From Dudresnaya verticillata (lineage: Eukaryota), in assembly GCA_977862235.1 (NCBI GenBank), contig OZ374563.1, positions 186,001-250,000 on the forward strand: a DNA stretch of 64,000 nucleotides, read 5' to 3'. The translations under genes were made by a program, and so were the position numbers. The notes under the pieces are model-generated. The model made no database searches, was not told the origin of the DNA, and saw only the letters and a program-made list of their open reading frames with translations. Of the stretch, positions 23,265-35,336 are shown piece after piece (position 1 is the stretch's first letter; each line of letters starts with the position of its first letter).

Positions 23265-26200
23265 CAACGTACAAAATATTTCCGAGCGTTGTGTCCAGAG
23301 ATCCACACCGCGAGCCGTGGGAGGGGTGGACTGTATCACGAGGGCGCAATAAGGGTTGTTACATGTGACCCACAGGTGTGAACGTTAACGTGTTGTGGGA
23401 CGTCCCACCTGGCTACCCTTACGCCCTCGTGTCGTCAAATAACCAGTAAATATAAGGACGGCATATCATCCCTGTGTCGGGTCAATAATGGTTGTTTAGG
23501 GTGGTCTTGTGCGGCGACGATGGCCCATGGGCAAGCACACCGGAAAGGAAATGTTACTGTATGTGTTTCTTTATTTAGCTACCCAAAGTAATTAATGTTA
23601 ATGTAGCCACTCCAGCAATTACATTAACGGTTTCTCATTGGCCAAGGGAGTGGTAATTGGGGAGGCTGGTAGAGGGAAAAAAAGGCGACATGTCTTCGAC
23701 TGCTCTCGCGCTTCTGGCGCTTCACAGACGATTAGCTTGTGCCTCACTCCACCTTCTTTCCGCTTCGTTTCGCACTCACCAGAGCACTCGCTATATGCGC
23801 CTGCTGTTAGGGTCAACTCCGAGCGCGTCCACTGGACGCACGTGCTGGGAATAGCTATGGGGCTGCGGTAGGGGCAACTCGATAATGCTGAACCGGCCCA
23901 TGCTCAGCACACGCGCATGATCGCGCACGATAGTCGACTGGGGCTGTCGTCTGCCAAGCTTTCTTTACCCAGTGTCGGATACCGAAGGTGAGAAAGCAGA
24001 AGAGCTCAAAACGTAGTGGAGGGGCCTGATGGCCCTACTTGACTGAAAGACAGAAAAGACACTACTAGTGAGCAAGTGTCAACTACCGAATCCACCCAGT
24101 GCGGTACTATAGTTTTACTACAGCATGGTTTGTTTCAACTCATCCTCACCTCATGCTTTTTGTGCAGTCAGGGGCGGTCCCTGAACACAGAATCGATTCA
24201 TACAAACATGAGAGAGTTTGTGTGGATTTTACGAAGTTCCTGTTTGCGGAAGTGAGTTGGGGGATGTGGTACATGGAACATGAGAGAGAGAGAGAGAGAG
24301 AAGCGGCAACTTTACTGAGGAGGTGATATGGAGCTCTACGAAGCTCCCGGGCACAGCGGGTTTATATGGGGCATAGATGTGGCGCCAGTTAATTGTCAGG
24401 GCGTGGTAACAGAGGGTAGACAAAAAGCGGACAATTAAGGGTTGATGTTTCGTAGTTGGGGTTCAACATCAGTGCGGCTTGTTCTTTATCACTGTCAGCG
24501 ACAAGAGTGTGACGGATGATGCGACACATCGCCTGTGAGGTGGCTCTGTAACCTGGCTGGAGCATGGCGGGCAAGGTAGCACAGTATTGTGATCATGGTA
24601 ACTTTATATGCTTGAAAGCAAAGATGTTGGTGTTTGCTGAAGTGTAAGGAAATCCTCGTTCCCCTGCTCTGTGAGGCCGAATTGACGTGGATGAGTACCT
24701 TAGCCAAGTTTCCTATGGTAGGAATGAGAAGGTGTGCATGGCATGCATTTGGTAGTAAGTTTGGGAAAGCTGGGATTTTTCGGTGCCGTTTGTTTGGTGG
24801 TGGTTGGAAAAGAGTAAGGGAGAGAATCAGTGGAGAAGTTTGAAGACTGGGACTGTTGGAAAGGTGAGTCTGGAGAGCAGTAGTTGCCGTGGTATTGCAT
24901 GCGTGAGTGTTGTATCTTGCTGTAGGCCAACGTTGCTGTCGGCAGGGAGACAGACAGGGAGACAGACAGGCTGTGAGGTGTTAAGTGAGCACGTGAGAAA
25001 ACCAGAGTGTACAGTAGGACGCAGCAAGACTTGCAAGCGTGATGATAGGGTGCGGGACAGCGGGCTGTTGGCACACGAGCAGATGAACGGAGATGAAGGC
25101 AGATTCAGGGAGATGTCAGGGGAGATGCAAAGGGTGGGGGTGATTGCATGAGGAGTTTGGAGGAGGCGGGTTGTGGGTAGCAGAGCGTGTGGCTGTGGTG
25201 GGAGGATGATTTGCATAAATGTTAGCGTGACGAAGATGGATGGCTGTGGACTTGGGGAGGTTGTTGGATGTTGGGGAGTGGTGGAGGATGGGTGAGTCTG
25301 GCGAGGATGCGCGGGCAAAGGGCATTGCGGGTGTTCGTGGGTTGCGCGCACGTGCTTGGTAAGGGCTTTTCAGGCATGTCTTGTAGGGCTGCTTTGATGG
25401 GATGTGATCAGATGCCAGCCTTTGTTGGGGAGTGTTCCAGCGGACGTCGGGCAGCAGCTTTGCGGTGTGTCGAAGGTTCAGACTGGACAGAAATGGACAA
25501 CTGCTCCGCGACCAGCGATGAAGGGCGGCGCTGTCCAGACGAGGAACTCCACTCCGGCAGTTGCAGGTTTGGCTGCGAGGGACGCGCGGCGGGATGCTTG
25601 AGCGGTGGAGGCGGATTCGCGTGTGGACCGAAGCGGCGCGGCAGCGGCGTGACTGGTGGACCGCGGCAGCGCGGAGCGCGTTTGCAGCCACAAGCGGCAC
25701 GAACGCGGCGGCGAGGGACGCGCCACGTGTCCCGGCGGCCGGCGAAGGACGGCTGGCGCGGGCTGCACGGCGCGCCTTACGGGCGCGCACATCCGCCGCC
25801 ATGCAAATGTGCGCAAATGGGGCGGATATGGGGAGATCTTTCGCGCAGGGGCGGCGGCCAATTCCGTTGGAGGGCGCGCCGGCGCGCGCACCGCGCCCGG
25901 CCGCCGCCACACTTGAATGCGGCCCGTTGTGGACACGGCGGGCCGCGCCCCGTCGCCGACGCGTCCAATCCGCCCGCGCCGCGCCCCCCATTCGTGCCGC
26001 GTCGGCCGCACTCGCGTCCGTTGCTGATGCAACGCACAGCGCACCACCCACGCGCGCCGCAATTGCCGACACATCTGCTGACCGCCGCGTCGCACCCGAA
26101 GCAGCGTTGTGTCACGCTTCTGCCACTCCGCTGCCCCTCCACGCCCCCCGTACCAAGCGCCCCCGCCCTTTTTGTATCACGCTGTATCTCCCCTCCCTGC

Positions 26201-26274
26201 CCAGTCTTGCGCTTCCTTCTTGTGCTCCCCTCTCTTCCCTCCCTCATTCACTCTTGCATGCCGAATACAAGCAC

Positions 26275-27885
26275 ATGTACAACTACAACAACAACAACAA
26301 CAACAACAGAGACATCGCCACCGCCATCAACACGGACGACAACCACCTCACTAACCCGCCGCCCGCCATCGTTTCGAAAATGGCGACCCGCGCAGCCTTC
26401 CCCCCACCGCCGACTGCTGCATTCCGACACACCCTTCCGACCCTACCGTTGCCACCACCACAACCAACAGCCGACATCCCACCGGGCGCGCGAAAACACG
26501 CCCCGCAGATCGGCATCCAGCTCGGCTCGGCCCCGAAGCCGAACCTGCAACACCTGCACACACGCTACGACCCCAACATCATGCACCGCGTCGTCCCGCC
26601 AACCTTGCACGACATGGTTGTGTCGCGCGACGCCACCTGCGTCGACATCGCCACCACCTTCTGCGTCCCGGTCGCCCTCGTCGCTGCCCACTGGCTCACC
26701 TCGCGCTCGCCGATGGAGCTACCGGGTTACGACCGCCGCATCCGCTCGCAGCCGCCCGAGTCGCCGGGTTACTTTGCGCAGCAGCCGCCAATGCGAAGGG
26801 CTGCGCTCAACCCGGCCGTGCTAGGCGCGCAGCGCGACCTCGCGCAACAGGTCTCGGCCAAGCTTGCCCTTTTTGCAGCGCAGCAAGAGTCGGCTGCGCT
26901 GAACGCGGCGGAGTCGTCTGCATGCTCGTCGCGCATGGTCGGACGGCCCAGCCGCGCTAAGCTGCAGCTGGCAATGGAGTCTGTGGGTGTGCCGCTGACG
27001 CGGCACGCGCCGGCGTCGTTGAGGGCTGATGATACAGGGGTGCGGACCGGGCAGTTTGACACGGACGTCAGGGCTGTAGCTCGAGCAGGGCTGAACGCAC
27101 GTTGCGGGTTTGGGGTTCTGGGGACGCACGCGGACCTGACAGTTGAGCGGTGCGGACGGATTGTTTCGAAGAAGGGCCCCGGATTGTACCGTTGCGCTCG
27201 GGCGGCGGCTGAGATTGGGGCGGACGGGGTTTGGTACTGTGAGATGGAAGTTTTGTGTCTGGGAGGCGAAGGTGGTCTCGCGATTGGTGTTTGTGACGGG
27301 CGACATGGGCTGAACCGACTGCCTGGGACGGATGAGTTTTCTTGCGGGCTGCACGCGTCTGGCAAGATAGTACGGGCGCAAGGGGAGTGGAGCGAGGTGT
27401 GCGAGGGGCTCAATGAGGGGGATGTTGTCGGGATTTTGGTGCGCCAGGACGAGGACAAGTGGGTGGCGCGGTTTTCCGTGAACGGGAGATATGTAGGCGG
27501 TGAGGAGGAGGTGATGGCGGCGGAGAAGGATGCGGACCGGGGTGTACACGTGGTGGGGTGTTTGTACCGGACAGGGTCGCGACTGGGGATGCGGTGCTGC
27601 GCGCACGAATGGGAGCACTTTGCGTCGGCGGCGGCGGTGGGCGGAGCCGTGCGTGGCGGGTGCGGGGTAGGCAAGGGGGAGGTGGAGGTGGAGATGTCGT
27701 CGACGAGCGCGGCGAGCGGGAGCGACATGGGCAGCTGCCGGCGGCGGGTGTCGCCGGCGCGGCGAAAGGGCTGCGATGCGGATGCGGACGCTGACGCGGA
27801 GCGCGGATGCGCTGACGACTCGGTGGAGGGCCGTGGGGCGGGTGTGGGCGATGGGCTGCGGTCGTGCGAGCCGGTGACGCCATGA
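26275..27885 (+). CDS. SPRY-domain protein with low-complexity N-terminus
   Basis: GVWYCEMEV..LAIGV..LPGTDEFSCGLHASG..GDVVGILV..FSVNG is SPRY-like. The start is uncertain because the ORF is open from 25561. Confidence 0.7.
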   Translation: MYNYNNNNNNNRDIATAINTDDNHLTNPPPAIVSKMATRAAFPPPPTAAFRHTLPTLPLPPPQPTADIPPGARKHAPQIGIQLGSAPKPNLQHLHTRYDPNIMHRVVPPTLHDMVVSRDATCVDIATTFCVPVALVAAHWLTSRSPMELPGYDRRIRSQPPESPGYFAQQPPMRRAALNPAVLGAQRDLAQQVSAKLALFAAQQESAALNAAESSACSSRMVGRPSRAKLQLAMESVGVPLTRHAPASLRADDTGVRTGQFDTDVRAVARAGLNARCGFGVLGTHADLTVERCGRIVSKKGPGLYRCARAAAEIGADGVWYCEMEVLCLGGEGGLAIGVCDGRHGLNRLPGTDEFSCGLHASGKIVRAQGEWSEVCEGLNEGDVVGILVRQDEDKWVARFSVNGRYVGGEEEVMAAEKDADRGVHVVGCLYRTGSRLGMRCCAHEWEHFASAAAVGGAVRGGCGVGKGEVEVEMSSTSAASGSDMGSCRRRVSPARRKGCDADADADAERGCADDSVEGRGAGVGDGLRSCEPVTP

Positions 27886-28575
27886 GGGGTTTTGCGAGTT
27901 TTGTTTTGTTTTTTTTAAGTTAAAAAGGGAGATTTTGCATTTTAATTGCAGGGCGCGCGGTGGAAGGTTCTGGAAGTCGCGCGGTTCCACCGGTGGTGGC
28001 ACGGTGGGCATTCCACTTTCGGGGCGCGACTTACAGCGCTGCGGACAAGCGTTGCGGTGTCAGGCAGCGCACGCGGGCCACGAGAATGTGACGTGGAAGA
28101 AATGCAGTGCAGCGCGCCAGCGCCGCAGAGCCGCGCTCGAATTGTGCCCCGGTCGGTCCGGCGCGCCGCAGCCAGTCGCCGAATGCACTTCGAATTCCAT
28201 TTCAAAAATTCCCAACAAACTGCCCTCGCTGCCGTTTCCCGCCGCACCTCCCCCCCGCCCGTCCGCCCCGCGGCCCGCCCGCAGCCTTCAAAGATACTTA
28301 ACATACCCCTCCCGCCCTCCCGCCTCTGCCAACGCCACCCGCCCACACACCCACACACTGCCCCACCCCACGCGAGCCCCCCCCCCCGACCTCCCGCGCC
28401 TGTGCCTGTGCCTGTGCGCCTGTTGGCCTGCCCTCCCCTCCAGCCTGCCCCCCCGCCCTTTCCCTTCCCCATTCCCCCGTCCCCACCCCACAACGCAAAC
28501 CCTCGTGCGTACGCTCTCCCCTCAACCCTCAACTCTCCCCCCTCCCCCCTTCCTCTCCTCCCTGCTTACCCCACC

Positions 28576-29301
28576 ATGGCCGGCCGCGTCCGTCCCCTCG
28601 TCCCGTTCTTCGTCCCTACCACAGACGGTTCCATAGTCGTCAACGACGCGCTACAACCTGCCATCGAGCCCGCCGTGTCTTCCGACCACCCTCCCACCGC
28701 CCCGCTGGTCGAGCTTTCGGTCCGAACCTGGGACACCGACGCAGGCGTCTTTCGCGACGCCGTCCAAGTCGTCCGTGACCTGCCCCGCCCCGCACCAACT
28801 GCCCCTGCTGTCGCCATCACTGCCACCCATGCCACGAAACCTGTTGTAGCCGTGTCGTCGTCACCGTCTACCCTCTCCTCCCCGCCCCCGAAAAAGAAGC
28901 CTACCCCTACCCGTCTGCTCACCCCCGCTGAAATCAGGCAGAAGCGCCGCGCTGCGCGTGCTGCAAGTTCTTCGCCTAAATCCGACCACGCCAACACCAT
29001 TGCAACTCCATCCCCATCCCCGTCTCGCCGCTCAGATCGACCTGCCCGTACCGAGTCCCCAGATCGTCCCAACCGCCCCACGGACAAGGCCGCTAGCCCT
29101 ACAAAGCCGCGCCCTTTCGCTGGTTCAACCTTCGAGGCTGCTAGCCCACCACCTGGAGGTCTGCCTATTCCTAGTTTTGTGCGGCGCGGCGCTGGACAAC
29201 CTGCAGACCCACAGCTACGCTCTACGTCATCGACGTTAGAGATGGATCCAGATGCAATGGAGAAGGCAGCCCTGGAACTGCGGCGAATGCTTAGGATCTA
29301 A
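28576..29301 (+). CDS. Proline-rich protein with a PNRC/Edc1-like motif (putative decapping activator)
   Basis: PFAGSTFEAASPPPGGLPIPSF resembles the YAG-x-F..SP.P..LP.P motif; C-terminal LRRMLRI helix; CCACCATGG start context. Confidence 0.55.
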   Translation: MAGRVRPLVPFFVPTTDGSIVVNDALQPAIEPAVSSDHPPTAPLVELSVRTWDTDAGVFRDAVQVVRDLPRPAPTAPAVAITATHATKPVVAVSSSPSTLSSPPPKKKPTPTRLLTPAEIRQKRRAARAASSSPKSDHANTIATPSPSPSRRSDRPARTESPDRPNRPTDKAASPTKPRPFAGSTFEAASPPPGGLPIPSFVRRGAGQPADPQLRSTSSTLEMDPDAMEKAALELRRMLRI

Positions 29302-29818
29302 GCCGTGTGTTTCGGAAGACGGGACGTAGTCCTGGTGTTTTGTGTTTGTACACTTGCTTGAACAGAAAGACGTATTTATCAAGTTTGCCGAGCGATGCGT
29401 ATGTCGATAATGTCGACCTCGCCCTCTGCTGACCCGTCCGGCACAGCCGGCACTGCCCACCTTCCACTCAAAATGAAGAAAAAGACAAAAAACATGGAAC
29501 ACTAGCTGACCTGTCGTTGGTTTGCGAGCTGCATCAAGACAACCTTCCGAGACGCTTTTATCGTCAAGGGGGCACATCTCATCCTTTCCGGTTTCATTAA
29601 AATGCGACGCCTGAACAAACGGCAAGTTGGTGAAAATACCTCTCATGCTCTTCTTTTCATGTAGTCACGTTTTTTGTTGCTGTTAGAATGACGATGAACC
29701 TGCCCTGGACCGCAACATGGGTCAAGGCCGTCAGTTCTTGCACTCGAACAAGTAGACTGCGCGGCATCACAAGGCAACCATAGACACGTCTCAATAAGCA
29801 TGAGGAGCGTTTCAAAGC

Positions 29819-30682
29819 TTACGCTGACGTCTTGATGTCAAGATTCAAAAGACGAGTGCTCTCTGTCGCAAGTTCGGGAATTGATACTCGCCCTCTCTTC
29901 TCAATGAAACGGGCCACCGCCTCCATTTCATCCACAGCAACATAGATGAACTTTCCGCGATCATCAAAAAACCCGGAAAGTGTTCCCGCCTCTTCCAGTG
30001 CAGAAAGTCTTTGAATGGCTTCCTCAGTCTTGAGCGAAAATTCCGCCGCAAGTTCCTCAAGAACCACAATCTTTGCGTCCTTGACGTAATCGCAGAACTT
30101 GGAAAGAAGTTCTGGATCTTCGACCCCCAATCCGTCTGCTTCCTCTCCAGCACCCTCAACCGAGATGAGACCTTTCCAGCTTTCGTACTCTTCTTGTTCT
30201 TTCTTCTCGCGCTCCTCTTGCTCCTTGCGTTCCTGGGCAACTTTTTCCTGACGCAGGCGTTCCTCAGTTGCCTCAAGTTCAATTCGTTCTTCTTCCTGAC
30301 GGGCTTCACGCTCTCGACGCTCTTCCAGGCGTGCACGATGGGCCTCGCGGGCTTCTCGTTTGGCATCCCGATTCGCTTCCTTCTTCCGTTTCACTCGACC
30401 GCCTTCAGCCGCAGAACCAGAGCCGGGCGTTTCTGTGTCTACTGCCTGCCGCAATCGTTCCAGCCCTCCACGGCGACGTCTGGGAGCCGGACGGAAGCGT
30501 TCTACTTCAGGCACCGGGACTGGTGCTGGTGCTGGTGCTGGTGCTGGTGCTGGAGCGGCTGTCGTCCGCTCATCGTCGGATGAGGCGACGGTGTTTCGAA
30601 CGTACAGCAGTCCGATCACCAAGCCGGCCAAAATCGCAAACAGGACGAGAAGCGGAAGAACCTCCGAGAAGGATAACGACAT
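29819..30682 (-). CDS. DDRGK1: DDRGK domain-containing protein (UFBP1)
   Basis: N-terminal TM helix, charged coiled coil, LSGFFDDRGKFIYV and FIEKRGRVSI. Confidence 0.92.
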   Translation of the reverse strand: MSLSFSEVLPLLVLFAILAGLVIGLLYVRNTVASSDDERTTAAPAPAPAPAPAPVPVPEVERFRPAPRRRRGGLERLRQAVDTETPGSGSAAEGGRVKRKKEANRDAKREAREAHRARLEERREREARQEEERIELEATEERLRQEKVAQERKEQEEREKKEQEEYESWKGLISVEGAGEEADGLGVEDPELLSKFCDYVKDAKIVVLEELAAEFSLKTEEAIQRLSALEEAGTLSGFFDDRGKFIYVAVDEMEAVARFIEKRGRVSIPELATESTRLLNLDIKTSA

Positions 30683-31542
30683 CGGGTCGCTGGCGAGGTT
30701 CCAATAGACCCAATATACAGAGAATTCTCCAACCCGATATGAGTTGCAGGTTCGTGCCCTAGAAGGTCAGCGTGCCCTGCCTAGGCCGGGTATGCGCGGC
30801 AGGCTTGTTGCTTTCTGCTTCTCCCAAAATATTCCCCTTTTGAGAGAGCGGGTCGCTAGGAGGTAGGACGGTAAACTGTGGAGACAGACGTCTTTGTTGC
30901 GATGAACCGGTCGGAAAGAGAGAAGCCGCACCCTGGTGGAACGGGACAGTTACGGACTGGGTACCAGAGTTGTGTCGAAGTCGAGAAGTCGCCTTCTGGG
31001 CAAGAGGGGCAGCACAGGAATTTTAAGGAAATACTCTCGGGCCTGGAGCGTTGCCTTCACCATCCACGTCATTTATTGTCATTTATTGCACTGCAGGCGC
31101 AGCTTTGCACCTTACTACTGCCGTTAAAGACTGGACGTCAGGAAGGGGAGCGTTAGTCTTGGTTCTTCTAAATCCACCAGCGAGAGGGAAGTTCCTGTCA
31201 ATTCGGCTATGAACGCATTTGCGAGGTTCCGCACCTCATCTCGCACCTTATCTCGAAAGAGCTTCTGAAAGTCCAACGGAACCCTGTGATGGATGGGGTT
31301 CCGACGCAATGCTCTGCAGGGCTGGAAAGGCTACTCTCTCTATTGCGTTCAACGCACTAAGAGAACGTTGGCTTTAGCCCGACTTTCTTCGCAAAAAGCA
31401 CTATAGGTTTTCGAGGCATCACTGCCATACAAGAATAGGAGCGTTACCCCGCAACGACACGAGGTAAGCCATCTTGAGTGTTGTACATGTTCAATCGCTC
31501 ATTTTAACCGTACTGTACACGAAGCAGACAGAGTTCGGCACC

Positions 31543-32709
31543 CTAACTGGCCTCTTCCAATTCCGGTATCTCGGAAGGATCACGAATACAATATCCCGCA
31601 ATACTCTCTCTCACTGCCGCTCCTACACCTTCGTCACCCAAATCGTATCCTCCCTCCAACCCAAATATAATCTTGGTGTCCTTCCCAGTTGCCTTTAGCA
31701 AGATTTCTGAGAAGAGCTTGTAATCTGCAGGTTTAAATTCCAGCTGTGCTAAAGGGTCAGCATCCAGGGCATCGAAGCCCGCCGAAACTATTAGCAAATC
31801 CGGCATCCCAGCTTCAGACTCCAGAAGAAAGGGGAGCATCTCGTCTTCGAGCCTGGTTCTGTATTGCTTCAACCCAGCACCCATGTCCAAGTTTAAGTTG
31901 AGGACATTATCAAACCGACCACTGGTACCCTCCTTCCCGGAACCCGGGTACAGGGGCCATTGATGCGAAGAAGAAAAGCGAATGTTTTCTTCGTCCTTCA
32001 CGAAGGCTTCAGTTCCATTTCCGTGGTGCACATCGTAATCAAGGATTGCGACGCTGCTGACACCCTTCTGCTTCAGAGCATACTTAGCGGCAATGGCGGC
32101 GTTGGAGAGCAAGCAGAAGCCCATTCCCGTTGCCGGAGTTGCATGATGCCCGGGAGGCCTAGCCAAGACCCACGCACACTTCTTTCCATCCATCACAGTA
32201 TCAACTGCTTCCATCCAGGCGCCAGCGGCCAATAAGGCAATCTCGTAGCTGCCCGGGGCGACATAGGTATCGTTGTCCAGCGCGCCGCCCTTCTTCGATG
32301 TTCTCTCGAGCCTGTCGAGGTAGTCTGGAAAGCGATGGACTGCACGCACAGCCTCAAGCACAACGTCCCTCCTCATGGCGTTTTTTTTCTCATCGACTGG
32401 CTTCGGGGTGACCCAATCGAGCAGCGGGGCAAGCTCGTCACTCCCTTTCAGGGCGTCAACGCAGGCATCAAGACGCTCCGGGCATTCCGGATGGTACCTT
32501 CCCGGGGGCGGGCGATGCTTTTTGAATTCGGGGGTGTAGAAGATAGTCATCCTCCGTGACGTCGACGTCTTGGCCTCGACGGCCGGCTCCAGTGAGCTCT
32601 TCGCGTTTACGACGGCATTGGGAGCGGGCGTGTCGCATACCTGCGAGTCCTTCTCTGGGGAAGCCTTCTTCATGAAATTGGATACTGAGTTGCTGACGAA
32701 ACCAAGCAT
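31543..32709 (-). CDS. Histone deacetylase family protein (class II/HDA14-like, possibly organellar)
   Basis: HPECPERL, RPPGHHA, GFCLLSN, DYDVHHGNGT, SAGFDA..DPLA and LEGGY. The start may be 32709 (MLGFV) or 32751. Confidence 0.9.
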   Translation of the reverse strand: MLGFVSNSVSNFMKKASPEKDSQVCDTPAPNAVVNAKSSLEPAVEAKTSTSRRMTIFYTPEFKKHRPPPGRYHPECPERLDACVDALKGSDELAPLLDWVTPKPVDEKKNAMRRDVVLEAVRAVHRFPDYLDRLERTSKKGGALDNDTYVAPGSYEIALLAAGAWMEAVDTVMDGKKCAWVLARPPGHHATPATGMGFCLLSNAAIAAKYALKQKGVSSVAILDYDVHHGNGTEAFVKDEENIRFSSSHQWPLYPGSGKEGTSGRFDNVLNLNLDMGAGLKQYRTRLEDEMLPFLLESEAGMPDLLIVSAGFDALDADPLAQLEFKPADYKLFSEILLKATGKDTKIIFGLEGGYDLGDEGVGAAVRESIAGYCIRDPSEIPELEEAS

Positions 32710-33392
32710 GTTTCTGCGGGCGGAGGCAGGGGGGCGGGTGCGCGCGAGCATTCGTTTCGTCTAAAGCGTGTATCGCCGACGGGAATGGGGGCGTCGCAGG
32801 AGACGGGCGACAGCTCTGCGGGGGCATTGTTCGAGGTCAAATCTGGTTTGTACAAATTCTCAAATTTGTACAGGGGCCGGTCGCTGAGAAGAAAGCTCCT
32901 CGCGGCACGGGACGTCGCCCTTGGGTGTTGTACTGTTCGTACGGCGACGCTTCGATGGAGACCTCAGCCCCACTAATGTTAGTCTGTTCCGGCCACGCCG
33001 GAGAGACGCCCCGACGCAATCACCAATCCCCTCGGGCAGACGAGCGTTTCGTGCGTGTTTATCTGTGCTGCACCGCCGTAGTGCTGGGCCCCTGCTGCAA
33101 CCAACCCTCCCACGGGGCAACCAAGAGGATCAACAACACTACAGAAGCCCTTGAACACACAAACGGAAACAAGGACCACACTACAATGCTCTACTTTTTT
33201 TTTGGCGCGAAGCGAGTCAATCTACCTTTGCGACGTAACATGGAACAATGCTTAAATCCGGACTCACAGCAGGCACTATCTTTGTCGTTGGCACCCCTGC
33301 AAATAATAAGCAAAGGCAATCAGCTTGGGTGTTCAACAACGCGCAGCACTTCCAGTTACAATTGCATGCCCTCCACCAATCGTCATGTAGGG

Positions 33393-35336
33393 CTACGCCG
33401 ATGAAGATTTGCTTTCCTGTCTATCATCGAAGAGCGTAATTCGACTTTGTTCCGTTGAAGCACTCTGCACGTAGCTATCCGCAGCCAGGCCATCATGACT
33501 ATCATCAGACGCCATGCTATGCGACGGGGGCTCTGGATCACCGGGCACCCTGGCAGATGGGTCCACCACAAACACCTCAAACGACGCTTGCGACTTCCAC
33601 ACATAGTCAGACCCTGCTGGGATTCCGCGGTCAACTACCTGTACCGGCCCGAGCGACAACGCACCTGCGCGAAGAGCCAGGCATGGCAGCTGTAGAGTCG
33701 TTTCAGATCCTGCTGCAATCCGTCCCACCCCAACCATTGTACGGAGTGCGAGCAGATCCGCTACCTTGCCTTTTTCTTGCTGCACGAGAACCGCAGCTTC
33801 CTGCAAGTCAACGCCTGTTTGGTTCAGCACGCTAACAGATATAGACAGTTGCGAGCCTACAGCAGCAACTGCTGGTCCGGAAAACGATACAATAACTCCA
33901 TCGAGTAACGCCGGAGGGCGCCAGTGTACGCTCGTGAGACGTACCGCAACATTACCTCGCTTACCAGTTGCCAGAACACCGCCAGATGACATTTCACGGT
34001 GCAGAGATTCTTGTCCCTCAAGCGTGCAGCTCGACATCTCAGAGACATTTTCTAAAGGAGTGCAATTCCAAGCTACGGCAACGGAAGTTTCTAGGCATGT
34101 TCCTGGCTTCAGCTTGCGTACAGGATTAGGGATCAGAGAAGACGAGCGACGCCTCTCGAGAGTTACTCCCTCCGTGGGGCTCGGTAGTTTTTCGCTACTG
34201 ATGCCTTTGTGCTGAGACTCTCCTCTTTGCACAACTTTGTAGACAAAATTGAAAGCTTCCCGGGGTCCAAGCGATACGGCCCGTTTCAGCCAGTGATTGA
34301 AAGACGGGATGAAAAGTCCGTAGTCATCCCTGGATGCACTACGTGCGCTTCTGTTTCTGCTAAGCTCTGGTGGAACATCTGAGCCCTTGTCACTAGGCAC
34401 ATCCTCGTCATCTTCAGAGTCGCCGACTGCGAACATTGGTACGAATTCATATCGCTCATCAAGGGCTATTTCAAACCCACCGCTTCCGTCCTGCTTCCTG
34501 GAAAAGTTGCCCATATCCATGCTTGACAATGAAGCTCGAGGGTTCACCTCTGGGTCATCTACTACTCTCGAAGCGTTCACGTTAACATAAGGTGGCACTA
34601 TAGAGAGATTTGCATCACCGGTAGAGTTTCTCGCAGTTATGCAGACAAAGGCCTTTTCGGAACATTCACCAACTCGTACTTGTCGACATGAAATTTCCAG
34701 AGGCAGATCCACCATCAGAGGTTTGGAAGCAGTGAGCGCGATGCTCTTCCCAAACAGCCTTGATGCTCTGTCTATCGTAGCCCACACGGGTGAGTTGCGG
34801 AGGCTATGCGATACCGACTTTTCGCGCAGTACGACTATTACCTCCTGCTTCCCTGATACGGACATAACGTCCGCGAGCTCGGATTGTTCTGGCGGTGTTC
34901 GTACAAGTGCCCATACACCCTTACAGAGAACAGCTGCAGGCGGAGGCGGTAGTGCACCTGTCTTCCCATTTCCGTTCCGGGTAGTACCAATCCAGGTGCT
35001 TTCGCGTAGAATGGGGAGGCTGCAAGATCCTGCGGTCGTTCGGTTGCGCCCCATAAAGACTTGAACGTCACCAAAAGCGTCGAGTGCTTGGTACAGCACA
35101 TCTGCCGAACAATTCACTCCAGCAGGACCGGTAATAGTAACCACTAGGAAGAGAGTGTCGCCTACATAAGCCTCCGTTCGCTCTCGAGGAAGGCTTTCCG
35201 CCGCCAACAGAGTTGTCTCCTCTGCAGTCGGCACGTGACTGGGACTTGCTGTTGAGGCAGCCGATAGAGACGCTGGCAGAGGTATGGACACATTGACGGA
35301 GCACTCATGTAGGGAGATACGGCTTGAGCTTGACAT
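33393..35336 (-). CDS. Hypothetical protein with beta-sandwich segments, possibly a TRAPP-complex subunit
   Basis: 647-aa ORF. The C-terminus (VGSQLSISVSVLN..LPCLALRAGALSLGPVQVVD) resembles TRAPP-type Ig-like domains. Confidence 0.5.
   Translation of the reverse strand: MSSSSRISLHECSVNVSIPLPASLSAASTASPSHVPTAEETTLLAAESLPRERTEAYVGDTLFLVVTITGPAGVNCSADVLYQALDAFGDVQVFMGRNRTTAGSCSLPILRESTWIGTTRNGNGKTGALPPPPAAVLCKGVWALVRTPPEQSELADVMSVSGKQEVIVVLREKSVSHSLRNSPVWATIDRASRLFGKSIALTASKPLMVDLPLEISCRQVRVGECSEKAFVCITARNSTGDANLSIVPPYVNVNASRVVDDPEVNPRASLSSMDMGNFSRKQDGSGGFEIALDERYEFVPMFAVGDSEDDEDVPSDKGSDVPPELSRNRSARSASRDDYGLFIPSFNHWLKRAVSLGPREAFNFVYKVVQRGESQHKGISSEKLPSPTEGVTLERRRSSSLIPNPVRKLKPGTCLETSVAVAWNCTPLENVSEMSSCTLEGQESLHREMSSGGVLATGKRGNVAVRLTSVHWRPPALLDGVIVSFSGPAVAAVGSQLSISVSVLNQTGVDLQEAAVLVQQEKGKVADLLALRTMVGVGRIAAGSETTLQLPCLALRAGALSLGPVQVVDRGIPAGSDYVWKSQASFEVFVVDPSARVPGDPEPPSHSMASDDSHDGLAADSYVQSASTEQSRITLFDDRQESKSSSA

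Noticed and set aside
24282..24301. (GA)n microsatellite; also (AAC)n near 26286 and (GGC)n near 51835
   Set aside because: Ordinary simple repeats.
23300..25500. Possible gene in this interval
   Set aside because: Only short or low-complexity ORFs are present; I could not support any call.
25116..28636. Many long overlapping or antisense ORFs (also at 51-53 kb and 59-61 kb)
   Set aside because: These are shadow frames of GC-rich low-complexity genes and carry no recognisable motifs.
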